DNA of 64,000 nt, taken from Alphaproteobacteria bacterium. GTDB taxonomy: Bacteria; Pseudomonadota; Alphaproteobacteria; UBA7985. This document shows, piece after piece, positions 38,959-49,092 of the stretch; positions within the stretch are counted from its first letter, which is position 1, and the number at the start of each line of letters is the position of its first letter. Location: assembly GCA_965660945.1 (NCBI GenBank), contig CBFIBS010000003.1, forward strand, positions 1,843-65,842, read 5' to 3'. The notes below the pieces were generated by a model that saw only the letters and a list, made by a program, of their open reading frames with translations, was not told where the DNA came from and did no database searches. The translations under genes and the position numbers were made by a program.

Positions 38959-41761
38959 ACTCTATCTGGTTGACGGCTCAGCCTACATCTTCCGGGCTTA
39001 CCACGCTTTGCCGCCGCTGACCCGCTCCGATGGCATGCCGGTCGGCGCCGTGCGCGGGTTCATGACCATGATGCTGCGGCTGGTCGAAGACCATGCGCGG
39101 GACTACTTCGCGGTGATTTTCGACGCCAGCGGCGTCACCTTCCGCAACGACATCTACGATCAGTACAAGGCCAACCGCGACGCCCCGCCGGAGGATCTGA
39201 AGCCGCAGTTCGGGCTGGTTCGGGACGCGACCCGCGCCCTGAACCTCTCCTGCATCGAGAAAAACGGTTTCGAAGCCGACGACATCATCGCCACCTATGC
39301 GCGGCAGGGGGCGGCGGCTGGGTTGGACGTGGTGATTGTCAGCTCGGACAAGGACCTGATGCAGCTGGTCGATGACCGCATCTGCATGCTCGACCCGATG
39401 AAGCAGAAGCGGCTGTACCATGATGACGTGGTGGAGAAGTTCGGCGTCGGCCCCGACCGCGTGGTGGACGTGCAATCGCTGGCAGGCGACAGCGTCGATA
39501 ACGTCCCTGGGGTGCCGGGGATCGGGGTCAAGACCGCCGCACTGCTCATCAACGAATACGGCGACCTCGACGCGCTGCTGCAGCGCGCGGGTGAGATCAA
39601 GCAGCCCAAGCGCCGCGAAAACCTGATCGAATTTGCCGACCTTGCGCGGATTTCGCGCGATCTGGTGCGGCTGGACGAGGCCGTGCCGGATTTGCCCGAC
39701 CTCGAAGATCTGCGCCACGAAGCGCACGACGCCGAAACGCTGCGGGCCTTCCTCGAAGCGATGGAGTTCAAGTCTATCGCCCAGCGGTTGGGCATGGAAG
39801 TCGCCGCACCGGCGGGCAATGCCGGCATGGCAACGGACTCGACCGGTCCTGCCCCGGTGGCGGGAGCCGGGGGTGAAGGCGCAGCCGCAGCGGCTTCAGC
39901 CGGCGCCGATGCTGAACCGGCGATCGCCGACAACACATACGAGCTGGTGACCTCGGTCGAGGCGCTGGAGGGCTGGATCGCCCGCGCCGAAGCCGCGCGA
40001 CTGGTCGCTTTCGACACCGAAACCACCTCGCTGGACCAGCAGCAGGCCGAGCTGGTCGGCGTATCGCTGTGCGTGGAACCCGGTGAGGCCTGCTACATCC
40101 CGCTGACCCACCGCACGGCCGACCTGATCGCCGAAATGCCCGAGCAGATCGCCCTGTCTGAAGCGCTGCCCCGACTCAAGGCGCTGTTGGAAAACCCAGC
40201 GGTGATGAAGGTCGCCCATAACGCCAAGTACGACCTCGCCGTGCTCCGTCACAGCGATATCCACGTCGCGCCCGTCGATGATTCGATGCTGCTCAGCTTT
40301 GTGCTCGACGGCGGAAAGCATAACCACGGCCTCGATGAGCTGTCCCAGCGGATGCTGGGTCATCAGACCATCCCCTACAAGGTGGTTGCCGGGGTGGGGA
40401 AGGCGCAGGTGACCTTCGACTACGTGCCGCTGGACAAGGCGCTCGACTACGCCGCCGAAGACGCGGATATCGCCCTGCGGCTGTATCGGCGGCTGAAGGC
40501 CCGGCTGGTGCCGGAGAAAATGACCACGCTCTACCAGACCATGGAGCGCCCGCTGATCGACATTCTGGTCGACATGGAACGCGCCGGGATCAAGGTCGAC
40601 CCGCAGATCCTCTCGCGCATGTCCTCCGAGTTCAGTCAGGACAGCGCCCGGCTCGAAGACGAGATTTACGCGCTGGCTGGGGAAACCTTCAACATCGCCT
40701 CGCCCAAGCAGATGGGCGAGATCCTGTTCGGCAAGCTGGGGCTGCCCGGGGGCAAGAAAACCGGCAAGACCGGCGCTTATTCCACCGGTGCCGACGTGCT
40801 CGAAGGCCTCGCCGCGCAGGGGCATGCGCTGCCGCGGAGCATCCTCGACTGGCGGCAGGTGAACAAGCTGCGCTCGACCTATACCGATGCGCTCCAGCAC
40901 CAGATCAACCCGCGCACCGGGCGGGTGCACACCTCCTACGCCATGACCGGCGCCCAGACCGGGCGGCTGTCATCGACCGACCCGAACCTGCAGAACATCC
41001 CGGTGCGGACAGAGGCGGGGCGCAAGATTCGCTCCGCCTTCATCGCCGAGCCAGGTTGCAAACTGGTCTCGATCGACTACTCGCAGATCGAGCTGCGGCT
41101 GACCGCGCACATGGCCGAAGAGGAAACCCTGCGGCAGGCCTTCCGCGACGGCCTCGACATTCATGCCATGACGGCCAGCCAGGTCTTCGGGGTGCCGATC
41201 GAGGGCATGGACCCCATGGTCCGGCGCAACGCCAAGGCGATCAACTTCGGCATCATATATGGTATTTCCGCCTTTGGTCTGGCGAACAACCTCGGGATCT
41301 CCAACGCCGAGGCCAAGGACTTCATTGACCAGTACTTCGAGCGCTTCCCCGGTATCCGGCACTTCATGGAGCGCGCCAAGCTGTTCGGGCGCGACAATGG
41401 CTATGTCGAGACCCTGTTCGGGCGTAAAATCCACCTCAAGGGCATCGCCGACAAGAACTTTGCCCAGCGCGGTTTTGCGGAGCGGCAGGCGATCAACGCC
41501 CCGATCCAGGGCACGGCGGCGGATATCATCAAGCGCGCCATGCTGCGCATGCCCGCAGCGCTCGAAGCCGCAGGTCTAAGCGCGAAAATGCTGCTACAGG
41601 TGCATGACGAGCTGATTTTCGAGGCGCCGGAAGCCGAGACTGAGGCTTTGGTCGCCACCGCGCGTGAGGTTATGGAAAACGCCTGCGCGCCGGTGGTGGA
41701 ATTGGCCGTGCCGCTGGTGGCCGACGCCGGGATTGCCGATAACTGGATGGAGGCGCACTGA
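38903..41761 (+). CDS. polA: DNA polymerase I
   Basis: 5'-3' exonuclease motif LYLVDGSAYIFRAYHALPPL, 3'-5' exonuclease domain, and polymerase motifs (RRNAKAINFGIIYG, QVHDELIFE). Start uncertain: ATG 38903 or TTG about 38930. Confidence 0.9.
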   Translation: MALAEGPGSLNEDANNGRTLYLVDGSAYIFRAYHALPPLTRSDGMPVGAVRGFMTMMLRLVEDHARDYFAVIFDASGVTFRNDIYDQYKANRDAPPEDLKPQFGLVRDATRALNLSCIEKNGFEADDIIATYARQGAAAGLDVVIVSSDKDLMQLVDDRICMLDPMKQKRLYHDDVVEKFGVGPDRVVDVQSLAGDSVDNVPGVPGIGVKTAALLINEYGDLDALLQRAGEIKQPKRRENLIEFADLARISRDLVRLDEAVPDLPDLEDLRHEAHDAETLRAFLEAMEFKSIAQRLGMEVAAPAGNAGMATDSTGPAPVAGAGGEGAAAAASAGADAEPAIADNTYELVTSVEALEGWIARAEAARLVAFDTETTSLDQQQAELVGVSLCVEPGEACYIPLTHRTADLIAEMPEQIALSEALPRLKALLENPAVMKVAHNAKYDLAVLRHSDIHVAPVDDSMLLSFVLDGGKHNHGLDELSQRMLGHQTIPYKVVAGVGKAQVTFDYVPLDKALDYAAEDADIALRLYRRLKARLVPEKMTTLYQTMERPLIDILVDMERAGIKVDPQILSRMSSEFSQDSARLEDEIYALAGETFNIASPKQMGEILFGKLGLPGGKKTGKTGAYSTGADVLEGLAAQGHALPRSILDWRQVNKLRSTYTDALQHQINPRTGRVHTSYAMTGAQTGRLSSTDPNLQNIPVRTEAGRKIRSAFIAEPGCKLVSIDYSQIELRLTAHMAEEETLRQAFRDGLDIHAMTASQVFGVPIEGMDPMVRRNAKAINFGIIYGISAFGLANNLGISNAEAKDFIDQYFERFPGIRHFMERAKLFGRDNGYVETLFGRKIHLKGIADKNFAQRGFAERQAINAPIQGTAADIIKRAMLRMPAALEAAGLSAKMLLQVHDELIFEAPEAETEALVATAREVMENACAPVVELAVPLVADAGIADNWMEAH

Positions 41762-41764
41762 CCC

Positions 41765-42391
41765 ATGGCTGAGAACAAGGGCGCCGCCCAGAAGAATCAG
41801 GCCTACGCCATTAGCGATGTCGAGGGCACCCGCAAACTCTACGCCGACTGGGCGACGACCTACGACGCCGACACCACTGAAGGCATGGGCTACGTCGCGC
41901 CGGACGTGGTGGCTGAGCTGGCGGCTGAGTTTCTGGATAAAGGTACGCCGGTGCTCGACCTCGCCTGTGGCACAGGGCAACTGGGCGTGCATCTGCGTCG
42001 GCTGGGGTTTTCGACCATCGACGGTCTGGACCTGAGCCCGGAAATGCTCGCCGTCGCCGAGGATCTGGGTATCTATCGCAGCCTGGGCGAAATCGATATG
42101 ACCAAGCCCTATCCGCTCAAGGAGGCCAGCGTCGAGGCCTTGACCTGCTGCGGCATCTTTGGCCCGTCGGTCATCGGTCCTGAGCATCTGCCGTTTCTGG
42201 CGCCACCGATGGTTTCCGGCGCGCGCGCGGTGATTTCGATCAATGGCAAGGGCTACGAGGAGCGACCCTTTGAGGACGCGCTTGAAGCGCTGTTCGACGA
42301 CGGCCTGTTCCGTGAGGTTTATCGCGGGTTCAACAACTATCTGCCCAAGGAAGGTATCGACGCCCTGTATCTGGTGCTCGAGCGCTTCTAA
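41765..42391 (+). CDS. Class I SAM-dependent methyltransferase
   Basis: Motif I VLDLACGTGQLG. 208 aa. Confidence 0.7.
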   Translation: MAENKGAAQKNQAYAISDVEGTRKLYADWATTYDADTTEGMGYVAPDVVAELAAEFLDKGTPVLDLACGTGQLGVHLRRLGFSTIDGLDLSPEMLAVAEDLGIYRSLGEIDMTKPYPLKEASVEALTCCGIFGPSVIGPEHLPFLAPPMVSGARAVISINGKGYEERPFEDALEALFDDGLFREVYRGFNNYLPKEGIDALYLVLERF

Positions 42392-42609
42392 TGGGCGCGT
42401 GCGCAGACGCCATCGGTGACGTCGAGTCTGAAGCGGAAGATTTGGGAAAAGGTAGAGGGGCAGGCACGCTCATGAAGGTCTGATTGGGCATTCAGACCCC
42501 AACGCCATCACCAACGGCCGGGAGCCGTGGTGAGGCACTGAGCGTACCCGCCCCTGACCCCATTTCGGGTTCGGCAGGGAACGAGTAAGTGCCAATCCCG
42601 ACGAGGGGA

Positions 42610-43050
42610 TTAGAACTTGGCTACTGCGTTCAAGAACAGACCATGCTTATCGAACGAGACGTTCGTCAGATCATCGTCAAAGGAGCCAAAATTGTAGCCG
42701 CCACCGACCTTGAGGTTATCGCCCATGTGGCGGTAAACGGCGGCGAGGGCGCCATAGCGGATCGCGTGCTGGCCACTGTTGCCAACATTCCCTTGGTACA
42801 TGACCCGGCCTTCGAGCAGGGCGTCCCAGTTCTTGACCACGTGCCAGTCGAGGCGACCGACCGCGAGGTGAATGTTGGACCCGAACCAGTCGTTACAGGT
42901 GCGGCAGGACGTGACTTCACCAATCTTCACACCGTACTTGGCGCCGACGTCGATATTCTTCGTCAGCTGGAAAATGGCATCCGCCTCGCCGATCAGGCTG
43001 CGCTGACGATAGTCCGCCTGGCGCGCGCCAGCCGAGCCCCCTTGGCCCAA
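42610..43050 (-). pseudogene. C-terminal fragment of an outer-membrane beta-barrel protein (probable truncated remnant)
   Basis: Ends ...LFLNAVAKF (an aromatic C-terminus with alternating beta-strand pattern). It has no signal peptide. The frame opens only 3 codons upstream of a TTG. The upstream 270 bp is AT-rich with hairpins. Confidence 0.35.
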
Positions 43051-43323
43051 AACTGTCTAATCATTACTCGTTCCTCACCACTTTATCAGTGGCCAAATAA
43101 TTTTTATTAACGCTGGCCTTTTTGGCCTTAGTATTCTGGTTGCCCTTGTTGGCTTGGTGCCACGACTGCAACCTATGAGCCACGGCGATACCTTTGGGGG
43201 CACAGCCTTCGGCGCAACCTCTGTGCCAAAGTATCGAAATAGAATCAAATATGAGGGGTATATTCGTCTCGATACCTCGAAAGCTCTAAAAGAACGCTCT
43301 GAATCAGATAAGTCTTCTAGATA

Positions 43324-44511
43324 ATGGTTATAAAAAAGATGAAACTTTTGGCGTCCAATGCCGCTCAGCTCGAATCAGAGAGTGCTTTTGACGTGCTCGC
43401 CAGGGCGCAAAGGCGGGCTTCGGCAGGTCACCCGGTCATAAATCTCGGCATAGGTCAGCCAGATTTCCAAACTTCAGCGCATATTGTTGAAGCTGCAGTC
43501 AAAGCCCTGCAAGACGGTCAGCATGGATATACGGCTGCGGCGGGCACGGTGGAACTCAGGTCTGGGGTCGCTGCCTACTATGAGCGCTGCTTTGGTCTGG
43601 ACGTCGATCCTGAGTCCGTGCTGGTGGTGCCCGGCGGTAAGGTTACCATGGCCTTTGCGATGCTACTGCTGGGTGAGTCGGGACGGGAGATTCTTTACCC
43701 CGACCCCGGATTTCCGATCTACCGGTCCATGGCGGGCTATAGCGGCGCCCGCGCCGTGCCCTATGCCCTGCACGAGGAAATGGGCTTCAGTTTTAAAGCA
43801 GAGGACATTCTTGCGCGGGTCAACGACAACACGCGTCTCATTATCCTCAATAGCCCAGGCAACCCGACTGGCGGCAGCAATGTTGAAGCGGAAGTCGAAG
43901 TGTTGGCACGAGGGTTGGAGTCGTTCCCGAACTGTGCCGTGCTGTCGGATGAGATCTATTCGAGGCTGTATTTTGATGGTGAAAGCCACCTGAGCCTTCT
44001 TCAGTTCGAGGCCCTGCGTGAGCGGTTGATCGTGCTCGATGGTTGGTCGAAGACTTACGCCATGACCGGATGGCGGCTTGGCTGGGGTATCTGGCCTATA
44101 TCGATGATTGGCGCGGCAACCAAGCTGGCCATCAACATCCACAGCTGCGTCAATGCCCCGGCGCAGGCTGCGGCGCTGGCGGCGCTCGAAGGCCCGCAAG
44201 ACGATGTCGAGACTATGCGGATGGCGTTTCAGGCCCGGCGAGACTTTATTCACGCTCGGCTTAACGCGATGCCAGGGATTACCGCAGCGCGGCCCAAGGG
44301 CGCCTTCTATGCTTTTCCCAATATCAGCGGTCTGGGGCTGAGTGCCGAGCAGGTGCAGGATCAGTGGCTGGAGGAACTCAACGTGGCGGCGATTGCAGGG
44401 ACGTCGTTCGGTGCCGCGGGGGAAGGGTATGTCCGCCTATCTTTTGCTAATTCAGCAGGGAATATCGAAGAGGCGCTCGACCGTATCGAGGGCTGGGTCA
44501 AACGACTTTGA
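43324..44511 (+). CDS. Pyridoxal-phosphate-dependent aminotransferase (class I, aspartate aminotransferase-like)
   Basis: GIGQPDF and NSPGNPTG motifs and the LDGWSKTYAMTGWRLGW lysine region. Confidence 0.8.
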   Translation: MVIKKMKLLASNAAQLESESAFDVLARAQRRASAGHPVINLGIGQPDFQTSAHIVEAAVKALQDGQHGYTAAAGTVELRSGVAAYYERCFGLDVDPESVLVVPGGKVTMAFAMLLLGESGREILYPDPGFPIYRSMAGYSGARAVPYALHEEMGFSFKAEDILARVNDNTRLIILNSPGNPTGGSNVEAEVEVLARGLESFPNCAVLSDEIYSRLYFDGESHLSLLQFEALRERLIVLDGWSKTYAMTGWRLGWGIWPISMIGAATKLAINIHSCVNAPAQAAALAALEGPQDDVETMRMAFQARRDFIHARLNAMPGITAARPKGAFYAFPNISGLGLSAEQVQDQWLEELNVAAIAGTSFGAAGEGYVRLSFANSAGNIEEALDRIEGWVKRL

Positions 44512-44971
44512 TACGTTTCGCGGCCTGACCCTGCGGGCGTTCCACCAGTTGCACCAGGAAGCGTTCACCCGGGCGGGGTGGGTCCAGGTCCGCCTGCGCC
44601 AGCGCACGGCTGTCGAAGAAGACGTCTTCGGTTTCGCCATCGGCGCCGACGACCATGGCAAAGCCGTACCCTTTGGAGAAATTGAAGAATTTGACCTCGG
44701 CTTCGATCCACTCAGCGCCATCGTCGGCGGCTTCGGTTTCTTCGGGCTCCTGAAATTCCAGCAATTCTGAAACCACCAGCCCCTTGGGGCCTTCATCAAT
44801 GATAACCTCGACTTCCGTGCCTTCAGGCAGCCAGCGCTTGCCTTGCTTAGCCAGCACGCTCGCATGCAGCAGGGCGTCACGCGGGGTGTCCAACGCGGTC
44901 ACAAACCCGAAGCCCTTGGTCGGGTTAAACCATTTCACGGTCGCCGATACGCCTGCAGCCTGATCGGTCAT
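44498..44971 (-). CDS. Cold-shock protein with two tandem cold-shock domains
   Basis: Two copies of the CSD motif (VKWFNPTKGFGFV ... VKFFNFSKGYGFA). Its 3' end overlaps the aminotransferase 3' end by 14 nt. Confidence 0.8.
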   Translation of the reverse strand: MTDQAAGVSATVKWFNPTKGFGFVTALDTPRDALLHASVLAKQGKRWLPEGTEVEVIIDEGPKGLVVSELLEFQEPEETEAADDGAEWIEAEVKFFNFSKGYGFAMVVGADGETEDVFFDSRALAQADLDPPRPGERFLVQLVERPQGQAAKRIKVV

Positions 44972-45141
44972 TAATAGATCCCCGGAGATTTGTTGTGGTG
45001 TGATTATTCCACCACGCGCGCGTTACACTAGGATGACCGAATAGTTTGCCTCCATTACTTGCAGGCAAAACTACGAAGCGCCCAATATTTAGGCGGTCTG
45101 TGCTGTTGGACCTGCGGCCTTTCATGTTCCATAACAGAGTC

Positions 45142-45654
45142 ATGGCCGATAATCCGGAAAACACCAGCGTCGGAGATGACCCGAAAATCGCCGTGTCCAA
45201 GTCGGGCATGGGGCTTGGCTTCGGGGTGTCGCGTGTCGATATCACCGCCCGAATCCTGCGAGGAGTGATCGGTCACTTTCATGCGCTGGGTTGGTCGGTG
45301 CTCCCTGAGTTTACCCTGCCCACGGGGCGGCGGGTCGACGTCATGGCGCTATCGACCAAAGGGCAGTTCTGGGCCATCGAAATCAAGTCGTGCCTCGACG
45401 ACTATCGCGTTGACCACAAATGGCATGAGTACATTGGCTTCTGCGACCGCTTCAGTTTTGCCGTGGACCCGGACTTTCCCCTGCCGCAGTTGCCCGATGA
45501 CGTGGGCGTTATTCTCGCGGACAACTTTGAAGCCTTCGAACTTCGGGCACCGAAGATGGCCGACCCGCTTTCAGCGGCCCGGCGCCGGTCGCTGCTGATG
45601 AAATACGCGACCAACGCCGCTGACCGGCTGGTTCGGGAGCGTTCAGTCGTCTGA
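45142..45654 (+). CDS. MmcB-like PD-(D/E)XK nuclease family protein (putative DNA repair)
   Basis: GRRVDVMAL...FWAIEIKS fits a PD-(D/E)xK core. Size and pattern recall the Caulobacter MmcB family. The start could instead be ATG 45124. Confidence 0.45.
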   Translation: MADNPENTSVGDDPKIAVSKSGMGLGFGVSRVDITARILRGVIGHFHALGWSVLPEFTLPTGRRVDVMALSTKGQFWAIEIKSCLDDYRVDHKWHEYIGFCDRFSFAVDPDFPLPQLPDDVGVILADNFEAFELRAPKMADPLSAARRRSLLMKYATNAADRLVRERSVV

Positions 45655-45784
45655 TCGGCTCGAATGGAGTACCCGCGATGAATTCTACCCGGCCGAAGGG
45701 CCACGGCTAAGGGCAGCGCAGCGGGTCGCGAAGCGTCTCAGGCGTTGCCCGATGTAGTTCTGGGTTGCGAGTTCCGGACCTGGT

Positions 45785-46366
45785 CTAGACCCGAGGTGCG
45801 TACTTGTTGAGGATCCGCTGCAGCGTGCGGCGATGCATGCGCAGACGCCGGGCAGTCTCGGACACGTTGCGGTCGCATTGCTCGTAGATGCGCTGGATGT
45901 GCTCCCACCGGATCCGGTCGGCGGTCATCGGAAACTCGGGTGGAGGCGGGAGCAGGCCGTCGCCGGACAGCAGGGCTGCTTCGACGATGTCGGCGTCTGC
46001 GGGCTTAGGAAGGTAGTCGTGCGCGCCCAGCTTTACTGCCGAAACGGCGGTCGCAATATTGCCGTAGCCGGTCAACACCACCACGCGGCTGTTCGATCGA
46101 GCTTCGGTCAGCGCCGTCACCACGTCGAGGCCATTGCCGTCTTCCAGACGCAGGTCCACCACGGCGAATGCGGGTGGATTGATTGAGGCGGCTTCTTTGC
46201 CATCCTTGACCGAGTAGGCCGTCACGGGTTCGAAACCGCGACGCTCCAGAGCGCGCGCCAGCCGCTCAGCGAAACGCGTGTCGTCGTCGACGATCAGCAG
46301 GCTGCGATCCACATCACCCTGCAGCGCCTGGGCTTCGTCCGTCTCAATTGCAACGCCTAAAGACAT
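45785..46366 (-). CDS. regA: Redox-responsive two-component response regulator, RegA/ActR/PrrA family
   Basis: Receiver domain (LLIVDDD, phospho-Asp region VVDLRLEDGNG) and a short C-terminal Fis-type HTH (ETARRLRMHRRTLQRIL). Confidence 0.8.
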   Translation of the reverse strand: MSLGVAIETDEAQALQGDVDRSLLIVDDDTRFAERLARALERRGFEPVTAYSVKDGKEAASINPPAFAVVDLRLEDGNGLDVVTALTEARSNSRVVVLTGYGNIATAVSAVKLGAHDYLPKPADADIVEAALLSGDGLLPPPPEFPMTADRIRWEHIQRIYEQCDRNVSETARRLRMHRRTLQRILNKYAPRV

Positions 46367-46425
46367 TGTGTCCTCTCAGTCGGTCGGTCGCGGTCCCGAT
46401 TCTGGCGCGAAAAACCCCTAAAAAA

Positions 46426-47856
46426 TCAATCTTCTATGCTTAAGCTAGGTCGGTTCCACGCGACAGCAACCGATGCCCCGCCCCTGCGACGATTTGTGAA
46501 GTCGAGGGTTGCGCCCGTGTGTTCAAGAAGGGTGCGGGCGATGAACACCCCCAGCCCCATGCCGCTGTCGCTGCCACTTTGGCTGCCTGTGCGCCGCGCC
46601 TGGGTTCGACTGCCGCTACCCTGCACATAGGGTTCGCCCAGCCGACTAAGAATTGCTGGATCAAAGCCGGGACCGTCGTCGAGGATCAGTACGGTGATGG
46701 TGTCTTGGGTCCAGGTGGCTTGTACCGTGACCTCCGTGGTCGCGAATTGGATCGCGTTCTGGATGAAGTTGCCCAGCCCGTGGATCAGCTCCGGGCGACG
46801 CGCGATTGTGGGCTGTTCGAGGCGGGTGACGTCGATCTCAGCCAGGTCGGCATCTCCGGTATCCTCTGCATCCTCGTCGTCGTCGTAAGTGCCGTCGACA
46901 TGGATGGGGTCAGCAATGATGCTAACCGCGACCCGCTCCTGTTGATGCGGGTGTGCGGCTACTTCGAGCAGGGTGGAGATGGGCAAGTGGTGGTAGGGAT
47001 CGTCGCTGTCCGGAGGGCCGCTGTTTCGCTGCTCGAGGGCGACCAGAATATCGCGGCAGCGGTTGGTTTCCTGCACAAGCAGGGCGGCGTCTTCGGCCTG
47101 CGGGGAGCCGGCGGGCATGTCGCGCAGCAGCTCCTTGGCAACCACGGCGATGGTCGAGAGAGGCGAGCCCAGTTCGTGGGCGGCGGCGGCTGCGAGGCCA
47201 CCAATGGCAGACATGCGCTGTTCCCGGACCAGCGCCAGTTGTGAGGCGCTCAGCGCCTGTGACATGTCCCGGGCGCGCTGGGCCAGCCATGAGACGTAGA
47301 GTGCGACGAACAGGATCGACAGCACCAGCGACGCCCACAGAGCGCCAACAAAGGTGGCCGGGAAGATCACCTGCGCATTGCTCCAGGGCAGGGGCAGGGC
47401 GAAGGCCGCGAGCAGGGTTACGATGGCGATAGCGAGAAAGGCCAGAATCGAAGTGGTGGCACGCCGCAGGATCGACGCTGACACCGTGACCGGGGCTAGA
47501 ATGACGATGGCGAAGGGGTTGGAGACGCCGCCGGTCAGCCAAAGCAGCACGCCCAATTGTACTAAATCCCAGGCCAGATACTGGCCCGCCTCGCTGTCTT
47601 GCAGCCAGAGGGCATCACGACCCTGCCGGCGTCGACGCTGCCAGGCGAAAAGCGTGACAGCGACGTTGAGTGCAATCGGTAGCATGGCCAGACCGACGGG
47701 TAGCTGGAAGCCCATGGCGAAGTAAACCACGAGCACGGCGGCAGCCTGGCCGGTGATGGCGATCCAGCGCATTGCGGTGACAATACGGAAGGACACCAGC
47801 CCGCGGGTTGCCTCTAGCTGGTCCGAGGCGCCAAGGATAGGGTTCGCGACGGTCAT
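46426..47856 (-). CDS. regB: Sensor histidine kinase, RegB/ActS/PrrB family
   Basis: Six N-terminal TM helices, H-box AAAAHELGSPLSTI, a conserved redox-box Cys (ETNRCRDIL), and HATPase_c motifs. Confidence 0.75.
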   Translation of the reverse strand: MTVANPILGASDQLEATRGLVSFRIVTAMRWIAITGQAAAVLVVYFAMGFQLPVGLAMLPIALNVAVTLFAWQRRRRQGRDALWLQDSEAGQYLAWDLVQLGVLLWLTGGVSNPFAIVILAPVTVSASILRRATTSILAFLAIAIVTLLAAFALPLPWSNAQVIFPATFVGALWASLVLSILFVALYVSWLAQRARDMSQALSASQLALVREQRMSAIGGLAAAAAHELGSPLSTIAVVAKELLRDMPAGSPQAEDAALLVQETNRCRDILVALEQRNSGPPDSDDPYHHLPISTLLEVAAHPHQQERVAVSIIADPIHVDGTYDDDEDAEDTGDADLAEIDVTRLEQPTIARRPELIHGLGNFIQNAIQFATTEVTVQATWTQDTITVLILDDGPGFDPAILSRLGEPYVQGSGSRTQARRTGSQSGSDSGMGLGVFIARTLLEHTGATLDFTNRRRGGASVAVAWNRPSLSIED

Positions 47857-47926
47857 GCCCTTAAGCTGTCCACTTTGGCTGAAAAGGAAAGGGGTGTTTG
47901 CGGTCAGGCCTCGGGGTGGCGCGCTC

Positions 47927-47967
47927 GATTTGTAAGCCGCGAAGCGGCGTCAAATCGAGCCCGCAAC
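47927..47967. repeat. 41-nt GC-rich palindromic repeat, copy 2, inverted relative to copy 1
   Basis: gatttgtaagccgcgaagcggcgtcaaatcgagcccgcaac is the exact reverse complement of 32299..32339. Confidence 0.7.
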
Positions 47968-48000
47968 ATTGATGCTTTGCTGCGGGGCAAAAGCGCTGCC

Positions 48001-49032
48001 TCAATGCAGGCTGTCGCTTACCCCTGCATCTTCGAAGGTCGCCATACCGGCATGCAGCGCGCAGGCTGAGCGTACGATCTGTGCTGCCAGCGTCGCGCCC
48101 GAGCCTTCGCCCAACCGCATCCCCAGTTGCAGGATCGGCTTCTTGTCCATCCGGCGCAGTACGTCAGCATGGGCGCCCTCGACCGAGAGATGTCCGGCGA
48201 GGCAGTGGTCGATCGACTCAGGCGCCCAGGCGTGCAGGCACGCCGCCGCAGCGCAGCAGATATAGCCGTCGAGGATCACCGGCACCCGCGCCATCCTTGC
48301 TGCCAGGATCGCCCCGGCGATGGCTGCGATTTCCTTCCCGCCGAGCCGCGCAAGGACATCCAGCCCGTCGACCGCTTTGGCGGCGTGCAGGGCAGCACCT
48401 TCACCAACCACCCTAATCTTGTTCTCAAGCGCAGCGCCTTGCACGCCCGTGCCCGGGCCGGTCCAGTCTTCGGCCTTCCCGCCGTAGAGTGCGTGATAGA
48501 TCGCCGCCGCTGAGGTCGTATTGGCAATGCCCATCTCACCGAGCATGAGCAGGTCCACGCCGGGCTCGACGGCCATCATGCCGTAGGCCATGGCTTGCGC
48601 GCATTCCTCGTCACTCATGGCCGGCCCCTGCGTGAAATCAGCCGTGGGAACGTCCAGCGCCATTTCGTAGACCATCAGGTCACCGTCAAGCGCTTCAACC
48701 AGCTGATTGACCGCCGCACCACCGGCCTGAAAGTTCAGCACCATCTGCGCCGTCACTTCCGCCGGAAAGGCCGATACGCCCTGCGCCGCAACCCCGTGAT
48801 TGCCGGCAAACACAGCCGTGCGCGGGTGGTTGACCTGGGGCAGCGCGCGCGCCTGCCACCCCGCCATGAACATCGCGATGTCCTCAAGGTCAGCCAGCGC
48901 ACCCGGTGGCTTGGTCAGGATCGCGTTTCGGCGCTGGGCTTCTGCCTCAGCGGCTTCGTCCCGTCCGGGCAGGTTCTGGCGCAGGGCACGGATTTCGGCG
49001 AGGGAGGCGATTGGGCTTTGTTCGGTGGTCAT
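48001..49032 (-). CDS. cobT: Nicotinate-nucleotide--dimethylbenzimidazole phosphoribosyltransferase
   Basis: 343 aa. CobT motifs LGEMGIANTTSAAA and the GAGPG region. Confidence 0.85.
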   Translation of the reverse strand: MTTEQSPIASLAEIRALRQNLPGRDEAAEAEAQRRNAILTKPPGALADLEDIAMFMAGWQARALPQVNHPRTAVFAGNHGVAAQGVSAFPAEVTAQMVLNFQAGGAAVNQLVEALDGDLMVYEMALDVPTADFTQGPAMSDEECAQAMAYGMMAVEPGVDLLMLGEMGIANTTSAAAIYHALYGGKAEDWTGPGTGVQGAALENKIRVVGEGAALHAAKAVDGLDVLARLGGKEIAAIAGAILAARMARVPVILDGYICCAAAACLHAWAPESIDHCLAGHLSVEGAHADVLRRMDKKPILQLGMRLGEGSGATLAAQIVRSACALHAGMATFEDAGVSDSLH

Positions 49033-49092
49033 AGGTTCTACTTCGCGCTAAAGCGGGTCAACACAGGTTGCACAGGGGGCTTAGTCCAAGTC

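Noticed and set aside
48001-49092. Possible cobalamin riboswitch between divergent cobT and cobS
   Set aside because: The spacer between cobT start (49032) and cobS start (49093) is only about 60 nt, too short for a B12 riboswitch.
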